Shown one piece after another: positions 52,598 to 61,927 of a stretch of 64,000 bases of DNA. This stretch comes from an uncultured delta proteobacterium (GTDB taxonomy: Bacteria > Desulfobacterota > Binatia > Binatales > Binataceae): positions 1,152,001 to 1,216,000 of the forward strand of contig CAVQEQ010000001.1 in the NCBI GenBank assembly GCA_963711565.1, written 5' to 3'. The notes beneath the pieces were generated by a model. The model had not been told where the DNA came from. It searched no databases and saw only the letters and a list, made by a program, of their open reading frames with translations. Made by a program: the position numbers and the translations under genes. Position 1 is the stretch's first letter. Every line of letters starts with the position of its first letter.

Positions 52598-55500
52598 GGC
52601 GAGGCCGTCGGAGGCGCACTGGGATTGACAGACGGCGCTCCTGCTCTCGTTCCAATTGTCGCTACGCCCTGGATCCCAAAATTAGCGGGGTTGTTAATTC
52701 CTTCTGCGATCGCCATAGCACTCTCACCAACCACAACAGTCGCGGTTCCTACTGCATAGGCTGTTAGGCCAAAAGCACTAATCTCTCCGCCTGAGCCTTC
52801 AGCAGTAAGCAGAACTAAATCTCCAACGATGATCCCCGCGTCAGCCAAGGCCATAAACTCCTGAGGCGACAAACCTGATATTGTCGAATTGCTTCCTTGT
52901 TGGCTGCTGTTGTTTCTCGCAGTAGCCGCAGATATAGATAGGCCGTCGTCGCTCGACCCTCCGCCGACCTGCACGTCTGTGAATGTAGGGTCGCCGCCGG
53001 GGGCGCTAATTGTGGCAATATTTCCTCCTAGTAAGCCTATCGCATCCGACCAAGCATCTGACAGTCCACCAAATGATCCAAACGTAAATTCTCCCGTGGG
53101 GTCGGTTCCATTCAATGGCGAATTTCCCACATACGCATACAGCGTCGCGTAATTCCCTCCCGACAGTCCTTGCGGGTCGCGCGCCATGAAGCGGTTCAAT
53201 TCCAGAGAATCATAATATCGCGCCCGGAAATAGTATATTCCGTTGCCGCCGTTGGGGTCGAGTTCACGGCCACCGAATTGGTACGGATTGTCGCTGGCGG
53301 TGCCGGTGCTCGTAGTCTGCCCAAATGGGCCGTAAGTGTATTGCGTCTGTACCACGCCGTTTTGATCGGTCAGCGCGACTACTGAGCCGACCGCATCGGT
53401 CAGATAGTACTGATACACCCCCGAGCTATAGCGCGCGAAACGATCGTCCGGAGCGAGGCCGGTCATCACGTAGGCGGAGCCGACGCTGCTCTCCTTTGCT
53501 ATGTTGCTACCGTCATAGAGGTAATTTGTGACGAGCGGACTGCCTCCGTTGAGACTCAAACTGTTGCTCACTCGGCGACCGAAGGGATCGTAGGTGAGAT
53601 TCTCCGCAAATACTGGACTGCTTAAATTAGCGATCTGTTTCACCTGAGCGCGCCCATTATACTGATATGATACTCCGAGATCGATGGTAACGTCGCCGTC
53701 ATCGTCATTTGTAGTAGCCGTCGAAGACCCGTCCTTGTTGTACGCGAAGCTCTGCGAATTGTTGCCTCCAAAATTGGGAAGAACCAAGCTGGCGAAGCTT
53801 CCGGTAACTTCCGTCCTTCGGCCGTCGGCATCGTAGCTGTAACCGAGATTTCCAATCTGGGTATCATTTCCGTTGGTATACGTAATCGTAGTAAGGTGGG
53901 AATCCTGGTCGTAGCTATAAGCCTCGGTTACAGAATTGGGCAACTGAACCGAACTGCGGCGATTGTCCAAGTCAACTACGATTTGGACGGTGCCGAAATA
54001 TGAATTGTATTCGCTTGTGAGATTGCCGTTGTTGTCGTAGCCATAACTGACACTGGGACCAGCGCCCGACATGGTGGTGCGGCGCTCATCGAGGTCGTAC
54101 TGGTAGGTGATCGTGCCGTTTGAGGCTTGTTGGTCGGTCAGAATCCGATCCTGGCCGTCATAGGTTCTGGTAGTGGTTCCAGCGACCGAGTCCACAACCT
54201 GTGTCATCCGATTGCCGAGATCGTACGTATAGGCATCTTTGATGCCGGTCGTTCCGGTAGTTGAGTTATAGGCCCATTTTTCCGTTACCTTGCGGTTAAT
54301 CTTATCATAAATGAATACGTCGGTGGTTCCGCTGGCATTTGAGAATTGGGTAACGTTGCTGTTGTTGTCGTAGGTAAACTGTGTGCAGTTCGAGTTCGGA
54401 TCGCAGACTTTCGCTAGCCTATTTCTGTCGCCATATTTCCATGTCCAGGAGTGGTTATTTGGATCCACCATACTGGTCATGTTGTACACGTTGTCGTATC
54501 CGTAGGTCGTAATCGACGGGCTGGCGGCCGCGCCGGGGACGCTCCGCTGGGTCACGTGATCCAGGTTATCGTATTGATATACCGTTGTGTTCATCAGCGG
54601 ATCGGTCGTTTGTGTAAGGCGACCTGCGGTGTCGTAGGAATTAGCTGTCAGATTGTCGAGTGGATCCTCGACTTCGGTAAGGTCACCAAAGCTGTCGTAA
54701 GTGTACCAGGTGAAGTTGCCTTCGGCATCTATACTAACATTCAGCGTGCCGTCGTTATTGTAACCCAGAAGATGGGTTGGATTATTGTTGCGATCGATCG
54801 TCAAGCTCAGGTCACAAGGATCACCGATAAAGACCCCGTACTGATAAGAGAGACTGAAACCCATCGGATCAGTGATCTGCGCCACCTGATAGCAATTGCC
54901 AGCGCCGTTGTAGGTGAACGAGGTCAGGGCAGCATTCGAGGTGCCGTAGAGGGATGTAACGGTGAGGGGTTGTCCAATTGTGAAGTCGTACGTGGTATGA
55001 GTGTCACGATTCAACGCGTTGACTGCATCGAGTATGAAATTCGTGTTTGCGTCGCGTGTATAAGTCGTCAATTGCTTTGTGGTTCCAGTAGTGTTGGAGC
55101 CGAGAGTGTCCGACGTTTCATAGCCGGCGGAATTGAATGTAACCGCCCTTTGCGTGCTGTTTCCATCGGTGATCGTCACAGCAGTGATCAGGCCGGAGCT
55201 AAGCGTGTAGGCAAATTTCCATGCGCTGCTGGCTGCATCGGGCATCGTCATCGTCTTTAGAGCGCCCAGCGGACTCCCGCTCGTTACGTAGGCAAGCTTG
55301 AGGGTATTTAGATTCGCATCCTCAATTGACGCCAAGTTGTCTGTTTGGCCTGAAGTTGTGCTGTACTTGTAGGTCGTCACATTGTTGTTAGGATCTTCCA
55401 CGGTCGAAAGTCGGCCTGAGCTGTCGTAACCATATTGAATGGTGCGTCCGGCCTGGTCCTGGATGCTCGTGGGAAGATTGTTAGTGTAGGATACCGTCAG

Positions 55501-56184
55501 GTATCGGCCGTTGGAAGACGTTATCGAGGTGATGTTGCCTGTCTGACCGTTGGTTCGCGATATTGTGATGGAGTTACCGTGTCGATCTTGTATCATCTGC
55601 AAAGGCGCGGCCGTGCCGAATTCATATTCTGTTTCGTCTTTTCGCTCGAGCCACCACGCCTCGCTGCCGGTGTCGTACCAGATATTCGATGCATACCAGA
55701 CCGGATCGTCGTTACTCGTGCAGGAGAATGTGGCATCCGTGTAGTCGGTACAACCGTTTTGGGTGCACGACGAAGTTCGATTGCAGAAGAGATTAGCGCC
55801 GTCGGGCATAACGACCTCGACGTTCTGGAAACCCTGCCCTGCGGCCTGGCTTGGAGAATAAAGATACATTCCATAATCAAAGTTCCAGCCGGGCCCGAAC
55901 ATTCGAGAGGTGCTGTCGTTTTGACGGTACGTTCGGCGCAGCACGATGGGCATCTGCCCCGGCACGGTCAAGTCCGTATGCGAGTAGACGAAGAGTCCTT
56001 GGGCAAGACCGCACGCGGACCAGCCCGCGCCTTCCCACAGCGCTTGCTTGGCACAGGTTGGGTCTTCTGTCGGAGCGGCTGGAGGAGGAGAGGTCCAGTT
56101 GATCTGGGCATGGGCAGTTCCGAAGAACGTGAAAAAAACACAAATGGCGCACACCGTACGAAGTGCAGCGGCCTTGGCTGTCAT
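52594..56184 (-). CDS. RHS/YD-repeat polymorphic toxin with signal peptide
   Basis: Signal peptide ending in AHA-Q, DUF6531-like RTY..FGPGW, many YD repeats, core YYFRARYYD...PLNGTDPTG and a ~165-aa C-terminal tip. Confidence 0.92.
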   Translation of the reverse strand: MTAKAAALRTVCAICVFFTFFGTAHAQINWTSPPPAAPTEDPTCAKQALWEGAGWSACGLAQGLFVYSHTDLTVPGQMPIVLRRTYRQNDSTSRMFGPGWNFDYGMYLYSPSQAAGQGFQNVEVVMPDGANLFCNRTSSCTQNGCTDYTDATFSCTSNDDPVWYASNIWYDTGSEAWWLERKDETEYEFGTAAPLQMIQDRHGNSITISRTNGQTGNITSITSSNGRYLTVSYTNNLPTSIQDQAGRTIQYGYDSSGRLSTVEDPNNNVTTYKYSTTSGQTDNLASIEDANLNTLKLAYVTSGSPLGALKTMTMPDAASSAWKFAYTLSSGLITAVTITDGNSTQRAVTFNSAGYETSDTLGSNTTGTTKQLTTYTRDANTNFILDAVNALNRDTHTTYDFTIGQPLTVTSLYGTSNAALTSFTYNGAGNCYQVAQITDPMGFSLSYQYGVFIGDPCDLSLTIDRNNNPTHLLGYNNDGTLNVSIDAEGNFTWYTYDSFGDLTEVEDPLDNLTANSYDTAGRLTQTTDPLMNTTVYQYDNLDHVTQRSVPGAAASPSITTYGYDNVYNMTSMVDPNNHSWTWKYGDRNRLAKVCDPNSNCTQFTYDNNSNVTQFSNASGTTDVFIYDKINRKVTEKWAYNSTTGTTGIKDAYTYDLGNRMTQVVDSVAGTTTRTYDGQDRILTDQQASNGTITYQYDLDERRTTMSGAGPSVSYGYDNNGNLTSEYNSYFGTVQIVVDLDNRRSSVQLPNSVTEAYSYDQDSHLTTITYTNGNDTQIGNLGYSYDADGRRTEVTGSFASLVLPNFGGNNSQSFAYNKDGSSTATTNDDDGDVTIDLGVSYQYNGRAQVKQIANLSSPVFAENLTYDPFGRRVSNSLSLNGGSPLVTNYLYDGSNIAKESSVGSAYVMTGLAPDDRFARYSSGVYQYYLTDAVGSVVALTDQNGVVQTQYTYGPFGQTTSTGTASDNPYQFGGRELDPNGGNGIYYFRARYYDSLELNRFMARDPQGLSGGNYATLYAYVGNSPLNGTDPTGEFTFGSFGGLSDAWSDAIGLLGGNIATISAPGGDPTFTDVQVGGGSSDDGLSISAATARNNSSQQGSNSTISGLSPQEFMALADAGIIVGDLVLLTAEGSGGEISAFGLTAYAVGTATVVVGESAMAIAEGINNPANFGIQGVATIGTRAGAPSVNPSAPPTASP

Positions 56185-56212
56185 GATTACCCCCTGTGAA
56201 AGGCGACCCCCT

Positions 56213-56797
56213 TTAGTTCTGGATCACTGTGAAGTTGAACGTGCTGGTAGCCAGTCCATTGGGCAACGTCACCTGGATGACTCCGGTGCCGCAGGCCGAC
56301 GGAACGCTGGTCGTGAGTGTCGAAATGGTCGAGGCGGTCACTGTTGCCTGGACTCCGTTGATTGTGACCGTGTTCTGTGACGGTGTGGAACTGAAACCGT
56401 CGCCGTAGATAACTACCGTCGCACCGACGGGGCTTTGTGCAGGAGAAATCGCAAAGAGGGCCGTCGTGTTAGCAAAGGCCAGGGAGACTTGTGTAATATT
56501 CCCGCCCAGGTCGTAGGCATACGACACGCCGTTTGTTCCACTTTGGACGGTATTATTAATGGCTGCCACTATCCGCCCCTGCGGATCATACGCGTAGGTC
56601 ACATCTCCCGCGTATGCTGGTGGGATCAACCAGTTTGACAGCACCAACAGTCCGACGATCACAAGGGTTCCGAGGGCAACGCCATCTGATCGGGGTTCGT
56701 GTGATGGCCGCTGGGTCTCCGGCAGACACGCGGCAAGATCTCCGGAAAACTGTTGCAGTTGGCGTCGTGCGTTTCGACGCGATAAGAGCGGGAACAT
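56213..56797 (-). CDS. Exported YD-repeat + IPT/TIG domain protein
   Basis: Hydrophobic segment ending in AYA, YAYDPQGR and YAYDLGGN repeats, ISP..VGATVVIYGDGFS..NTVTING...FTV IPT domain. GGAGG RBS. Confidence 0.8.
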   Translation of the reverse strand: MFPLLSRRNARRQLQQFSGDLAACLPETQRPSHEPRSDGVALGTLVIVGLLVLSNWLIPPAYAGDVTYAYDPQGRIVAAINNTVQSGTNGVSYAYDLGGNITQVSLAFANTTALFAISPAQSPVGATVVIYGDGFSSTPSQNTVTINGVQATVTASTISTLTTSVPSACGTGVIQVTLPNGLATSTFNFTVIQN

Positions 56798-56998
56798 GGT
56801 GCACCTCCCCTTTCGCAAAGCGAACTCAGCGCAAGAATCTATCCGCCGACAGTGCAGCAGAAGCACTCACAACGGGATACATTCCACAGAGGGCCTAATT
56901 TGCAAAAACGACGATATCAGTCAAGTCTAGCAGTGTACTAAAGTTAACAGTGCGCTTAGCTCATTGTTGCTCGTCTCACTAGCAACCCGAGCAGCGAG

Positions 56999-57979
56999 TC
57001 AGCTGTTCTGCGGTTCGCCGATTTCTGCGAATTCGTTTGTTGCGCGGATTAGTTCGCCGGTGATGCTCGCATTCGATGCGTCGTGGCCGGCGTTATCGAC
57101 TATCACAAGTTTGGCGCGCGGCCATACGCGCTTGAGGTCGTACGCCCATCCGATCGGCGCTTGAAGATCGAAACGTCCGTTCACCATGATGCCGGGGATG
57201 TCGGCAATCGCGGCGGCATCGCGAAGAATGCTCCCGTCCTCGAGCCACGCATAGTGCCGAACGTAATGAGTCACGATGCGCGCGAACGCCATTCCGAAAA
57301 CGGGATCGCGAAACCGCGGCGACAATCCTTGAGCGGGCGGCCAGGCCGGCGTCGCGGACTCCCATGTACACCACGCCAGTGCGGCTTGATTGCGAATCGA
57401 CGCGTCGGGATCGTTGAGCATTCGGCAGTACGCCTCGATGATATCAACGTCCCGCAGCGCGGCCGGCACCGCATCGCGCAGACGCTCCCATTGCTCGGGA
57501 AACAGATCGGACAAGCCGCCGCGAAACAACCAGTCGAACTCTTTGCGGCGCCCGGTCGTGACGCCAAACAGAATAATCTCCCTGACGCGATTCGGGTACC
57601 GCTCCGCATAAGCCAGCGCGAGCGTGCTGCCCCACGAACCGCCGAGTACCAGCCATCGCTCGATGCCGAGATGCTCGCGGATTCGCTCGATGTCGGCGAG
57701 GAGGTTCGCAGTGTTGTTGCTCGCGAGATCCGTGTCAGGCGCGCTCGCATGCGGCGTGCTGCGTCCGCAATTGCGTTGATCGAACAGTACGACGCGATAG
57801 GCGGATGGATCGAACAGCCTGCGATGCCACGGCGTGCATCCCGATCCGGGACCGCCGTGCAGCACCACCGCCGGCTTGCCGCGTGGATTGCCGCACGTCT
57901 CCCAGTACACGAGGTTGCGTTCGCCAACGTCGAGCATGCCGTGTTGATAGGGTTCGATCGCTGGATATAGCTGCGTCAT
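56999..57979 (-). CDS. pip: Proline iminopeptidase
   Basis: LHGGPGSG, DQRNCGRSTP, GGSWGSTL, GRFD and AGH. Confidence 0.93.
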   Translation of the reverse strand: MTQLYPAIEPYQHGMLDVGERNLVYWETCGNPRGKPAVVLHGGPGSGCTPWHRRLFDPSAYRVVLFDQRNCGRSTPHASAPDTDLASNNTANLLADIERIREHLGIERWLVLGGSWGSTLALAYAERYPNRVREIILFGVTTGRRKEFDWLFRGGLSDLFPEQWERLRDAVPAALRDVDIIEAYCRMLNDPDASIRNQAALAWCTWESATPAWPPAQGLSPRFRDPVFGMAFARIVTHYVRHYAWLEDGSILRDAAAIADIPGIMVNGRFDLQAPIGWAYDLKRVWPRAKLVIVDNAGHDASNASITGELIRATNEFAEIGEPQNS

Positions 57980-58045
57980 GCGGGATTGCCAGCTTTCCCT
58001 ACTTTCGCATCAACGAGGCTTTCCGCAAAACGGCGGAGTTGCCTC

Positions 58046-58095
58046 TTGACACGATCCCTGGTTGCTGAGTATATACTCAGTGAGTAGAAGCTCAG
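58046..58095 (+). promoter_or_regulatory. Promoter with a perfect palindromic TetR operator
   Basis: TTGACA at 58046. Perfect palindrome CTGAGTATATACTCAG (58065-58080) over the -10 region, followed by a degenerate copy TGAGTAGAAGCTCAG. Confidence 0.75.
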
Positions 58096-58112
58096 TAGAG
58101 ACGAAGCAATCG

Positions 58113-58700
58113 ATGCAGGCAGCGACGCGGCGGGAACAGAAGGAGGTAACGCGGGACCGGTTGGTCAACGCGGCGATGGCGCTGTTCGCGCGCAAGGGTA
58201 TCGTCAATACGACGACTGCCGATGTCGCCAAGTCGATTCGAATGTCGCATGGCGTCGTGTTCCTGCATTTCCCGACGCGCGACGACCTGGTGATCGCCGT
58301 AATCGACGAGTTCGGGCGCCGTCTGGCCACCGAGTTCCGGCAGGCCTTCGAGCGGGACCTTGGCCTGCGAGCCGTACTGCATGCACATCTGCGGGTGCTC
58401 GCTGAGTTCGAGCCCTTTTACGCGCGGCTGGTGACTGAGGCTCCCATGCTGCCGCCGAAAGTGCGCAGCACTCTGATGATGCTGCACGCGGCTGTGTCCT
58501 ATGAAATCTTCATGGCGCTCGAGCGCGAGCGTAAGGCGGGCCGCGCGCGCAAGATCGAGCGTCCGCTGCTGTTCAACACATGGATAGGTCTCGTGCATCA
58601 CTACCTGGTCAATCGCGACGTGTTCGCCACCGGTGACTCAGTGATCGCCGAGCAGGGCGATGTTCTGGTTAATCATTTTATGACGCTCGTGAAACCATAG
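58113..58700 (+). CDS. TetR/AcrR family regulator
   Basis: TRDRLVNAAMALFARKG...DVAKSIRMSHGVVFLHFPTRDDL. Confidence 0.92.
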   Translation: MQAATRREQKEVTRDRLVNAAMALFARKGIVNTTTADVAKSIRMSHGVVFLHFPTRDDLVIAVIDEFGRRLATEFRQAFERDLGLRAVLHAHLRVLAEFEPFYARLVTEAPMLPPKVRSTLMMLHAAVSYEIFMALERERKAGRARKIERPLLFNTWIGLVHHYLVNRDVFATGDSVIAEQGDVLVNHFMTLVKP

Positions 58701-58713
58701 AAGGAGTAAGACT

Positions 58714-58968
58714 ATGCCTGAAAAATGTCCCGCTTGTGGTTCATGCGGAATGCCGCTGGAGAAGCCCGAAGACTACGCGCTCGGCGACGCGACGCGCCCG
58801 TACTGCCGCTATTGCACCGACGCGCGCGGCGAGTTGCTGTCCTATGAGCAAGTGTTAGAGACCAACGCGCGCTTCTACGTCGAGTCCCAGGGTGTCACTC
58901 CGGCCGCGGCTAGCGCGATGGCGCGCGCGATGCTCGCGGACATGCCCGCGTGGCGCGGGCGGCATTAA
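58714..58968 (+). CDS. Putative zinc-ribbon protein
   Basis: CGSCGMPL...YCRYC...MPAW pattern. AAGGAG RBS. Confidence 0.8.
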   Translation: MPEKCPACGSCGMPLEKPEDYALGDATRPYCRYCTDARGELLSYEQVLETNARFYVESQGVTPAAASAMARAMLADMPAWRGRH

Positions 58969-59017
58969 GAGTTTTGGCAGATCGAAGAACGAAACTTACT
59001 AAGAAGGAGAGAGAGCT

Positions 59018-59380
59018 ATGTTTGATCACATCCAGATTAAGGTGAAGGACCTCAAAGCGAGCAAGCGCTTCTACACGGCTGCGCTGGCGCCGCTGGGATT
59101 CAGCGTGCAGTACGAAGGCGACGGCGTCTTAGGCTTCGGTCCCAAGGGCGCGCCGGCCTTGTGGTTGGCTGAGGGCGAATCGCGTGGGCCCGTGCATATC
59201 GCGTTCTCGGCCAAGGATCGCGCTTCGGTGCGGGCATTCTATGCCGCCGCGCTGCCGGCGGGCGGCAAGGACAACGGTAAGCCGGGACTGAGGCCCGACT
59301 ATGCCGCCAACTACTACGGAGGCTTCGTGAAAGATCCCGACGGCAACAACATCGAGGCCGTTTGCCATCAGGAAGAGTAG
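59018..59380 (+). CDS. VOC/glyoxalase family protein
   Basis: FDHI, HIAF, GGKDNGKPGLRP and DPDGNNIEAVC. Confidence 0.92.
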   Translation: MFDHIQIKVKDLKASKRFYTAALAPLGFSVQYEGDGVLGFGPKGAPALWLAEGESRGPVHIAFSAKDRASVRAFYAAALPAGGKDNGKPGLRPDYAANYYGGFVKDPDGNNIEAVCHQEE

Positions 59381-59389
59381 CTAAGCTAT

Positions 59390-59428
59390 GGGACTGCCTT
59401 GATAGGTCTGTTCGATCAAGGCAGTCCC
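59390..59428. repeat. Perfect 14-bp intergenic hairpin
   Basis: GGGACTGCCTTGAT-11 nt-ATCAAGGCAGTCCC, with no U tract. Confidence 0.7.
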
Positions 59429-59453
59429 TCAGATTGAGTCCCAGGAGCGTCCT

Positions 59454-59930
59454 ATGAATCTCGAAGGTGGATGTTCATGCGGAGCGATCCGCTACAAGCT
59501 GACTAACAGCCCGCTTATCGTTCATGCGTGTCACTGCCGCGATTGCCAGCGCGTAACCGGTAGTGGCTTCGTGATCAATATCTGGATCGAGAAGCGATTC
59601 GTCGAAAGCAGCGGGGCGACGCCGAAATCAGTCGTACTCAAGGGCGGCACCGGCAAGGATCACGAGGCGTTCTTCTGCGAGCGGTGCGGCACCTACGTAT
59701 GGAGTCGCTATCAGGTCGCGCCCGGCGGCGAGGCTTTGTTCGTTCGCGCGGGAACGCTCGACGATGCCGACGCCGTCACGCCCGACGTTCACCTCTTCAC
59801 GAGAAGCAAGCTGCCGTGGGTAAGACTCCCGGAAGGTGCGAGGGCGTTCGATACGGCCTACAAAATCGACGACGTATGGCCGGCCGCGAGCAAGGAGCGC
59901 CTACGCCGGAACGTCGAGGCGCGGAGTTAG
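59454..59930 (+). CDS. GFA (CENP-V/glutathione-dependent formaldehyde-activating) family protein
   Basis: GGCSCG, CHCRDCQR and FCERCGT. Confidence 0.92.
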   Translation: MNLEGGCSCGAIRYKLTNSPLIVHACHCRDCQRVTGSGFVINIWIEKRFVESSGATPKSVVLKGGTGKDHEAFFCERCGTYVWSRYQVAPGGEALFVRAGTLDDADAVTPDVHLFTRSKLPWVRLPEGARAFDTAYKIDDVWPAASKERLRRNVEARS

Positions 59931-59946
59931 CCGATCCGGGTCCGCG

Positions 59947-60468
59947 TCAAAAAGTGTTGATCGCGTTGGCGCTGGTATCCAGTCCGTTCGCGTTGTCGTT
60001 GAATGAGCTGGCAGGAAAGCGATCCGAAGATGACGACAGGGCGCTCGTTTGGTTGAATCGATCCGTCGCGGAGAATCTACCGGAATCGGCGCCGGAGGAA
60101 TCGCCGAACCTGCTCGACGTGTCGCCGCTGCTAAGCTGGGATGCCGCGGGCCAGCGCGACTCCCCGGTCGATCCGCTCGCCATTGAGCCCGCGCGCGCTT
60201 CGAAATCCGATGCCCCGGAAGACGAGGCGGCCCCGGCCCTTTCGTCAAAACTCGCGCCGGTCGAGCTGGCTCCCCACGTGCTGGAGCTCCCGCCGAGATC
60301 GACGTTGCTGACTGCGCCCCCGATGCTGGTGCCCATCGAGGAGCCGCCCCCGCTGCCGACTCCCGCCGTCGTCGCGTACTCGCCCATCGTTTGCGCGTCG
60401 GCGTGCGGCGCGAATAGTGCGACCACCGCGATAAGCACGCCCGGTACAATCAGGTTGATGAGTCTCAT
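59947..60468 (-). CDS. Secreted Gly/Ser-rich low-complexity protein
   Basis: Signal peptide ending in ADA-Q and a GGGAGG RBS. The mature part is S/G/A-rich with recurring RF/RW motifs. Confidence 0.65.
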   Translation of the reverse strand: MRLINLIVPGVLIAVVALFAPHADAQTMGEYATTAGVGSGGGSSMGTSIGGAVSNVDLGGSSSTWGASSTGASFDERAGAASSSGASDFEARAGSMASGSTGESRWPAASQLSSGDTSSRFGDSSGADSGRFSATDRFNQTSALSSSSDRFPASSFNDNANGLDTSANAINTF

Positions 60469-60625
60469 GGCGTTCGACCTCCCCTGAGCCTACTGCCAGT
60501 AACGTTAGATAGTGTAATCGTAGCGTCAAGCATGAGGCAATAACCCCGTAACGCGGGCCTACGTGGGCATCCGCGCTTGTGACCGATCTACGCTCACGGT
60601 TAATCTGGATTGGATACTGAAAACC

Positions 60626-61909
60626 GTGGACGAAATCGAAATAATTCCTCTGACCGGCCCGCTCGACGCCCGCGTCGTGCTGCCCGGCTCCAAGAGCATC
60701 ACAAATCGCGCGATGGTGCTGGCCGCGCTGGCGCAGGGGCGCTCGGTCCTCGACTCGGTTTTACTGAGCGACGACACGCGCTACATGAGCGACGCGCTGC
60801 GGGTGATGGGTTTTGCCGTCGAGATCGACGAGCCGGCGCGCCGAATCACGGTCAGCGGGCGCGGCGGCACCATCCCGGCGCATGGCGGCGAGATCTTCGT
60901 CGGCGGCGCGGGCACTGTGATGCGATTCCTGGTCGCGATGGTCACGCTCGGTGAGGGACGTTTTCGCGTCGATGGAAATCAGCGGATGCGTCAGCGTCCG
61001 ATCGGGCCGCAGCTCGACGCGATGCAGCGCCTCGGCGCGAGCGTGTACAGCGAGCGCGACAACAACTGTCCGCCGGTGATCGTCGATGCATCGCGCACAC
61101 GCTTTGAGGGGGGCGAGACTTCGGTCGATGCGCGCGCGTCGTCGCAGTTCGTTTCGGCGATGCTGATGCCGGCGCCGATTTGGAAGGCCGGCCTCAAGCT
61201 GCAGGTGATCGGCGATACCGCGCGGCCCTTCATCGATATGACGCTCAGGCTGATGGAGGCGTGGGGAGCGCGGAGCACCGTCGAAGACGACATGATTGTC
61301 GTGCCCGGCGGACAATGGTATCGCGCTCAGCGTTTCATCGTCGAGCCGGACGCGTCGAGCGCGAGCTACTTTGCGGCCGCCGCGGCGCTCGTCGGCGGCC
61401 CGGTGCGAATCGAGGGCCTCACCTCGAGCTCGGTGCAGGGCGACCTCGGTTTTCTCGGCGTGCTTCAGCAGATGGGCGCGCGCGTTATGTGGCATCCCGA
61501 TCACGTCGAGGTAGTAGGAACGGGGCGGTTCACCGGCGTCAACGTCGCGATGAACTCGATGCCGGACATGGTGGCGACGCTCGCGGCGATTGCGCCGTTC
61601 GCCTCAACGCCGACTACAATTCGCAACGTCGCCTTCATCCGGCATCACGAAAGCGATCGCATCCGCGCGCTCGCGACCGAACTGCGGCGGCTGGGTGCAA
61701 CGGTCGTCGAGAACGACGACGGACTCGAGATTGCGCCGTCCGCGATGCATCCGGCGGCCATCGAGACCTACGACGATCACAGAATCGCGATGAGCTTCGC
61801 GGTAACGGGCCTGAAACTCAGCGGCGTGAAGATCAAGGATCCCGGATGCGTCGCGAAAACGTTCCCGGATTTCTTCGAAAGGCTCGCCGCGCTTCAGACT
61901 GCCTCCTAA
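60626..61909 (+). CDS. aroA: 3-phosphoshikimate 1-carboxyvinyltransferase
   Basis: PGSKSITNR, AGT..RF, RPIG, SSQFVS, DASSASYF, HESDR and DHRIAM. GTG start assumed. Confidence 0.95.
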   Translation: MDEIEIIPLTGPLDARVVLPGSKSITNRAMVLAALAQGRSVLDSVLLSDDTRYMSDALRVMGFAVEIDEPARRITVSGRGGTIPAHGGEIFVGGAGTVMRFLVAMVTLGEGRFRVDGNQRMRQRPIGPQLDAMQRLGASVYSERDNNCPPVIVDASRTRFEGGETSVDARASSQFVSAMLMPAPIWKAGLKLQVIGDTARPFIDMTLRLMEAWGARSTVEDDMIVVPGGQWYRAQRFIVEPDASSASYFAAAAALVGGPVRIEGLTSSSVQGDLGFLGVLQQMGARVMWHPDHVEVVGTGRFTGVNVAMNSMPDMVATLAAIAPFASTPTTIRNVAFIRHHESDRIRALATELRRLGATVVENDDGLEIAPSAMHPAAIETYDDHRIAMSFAVTGLKLSGVKIKDPGCVAKTFPDFFERLAALQTAS

Positions 61910-61927
61910 GCGGGAGCCGGCGGCAAA

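Noticed and set aside
52594-56797. Type VI secretion locus
   Set aside because: No PAAR, VgrG, Hcp or EagR. The RHS protein has a Sec-type signal peptide instead.
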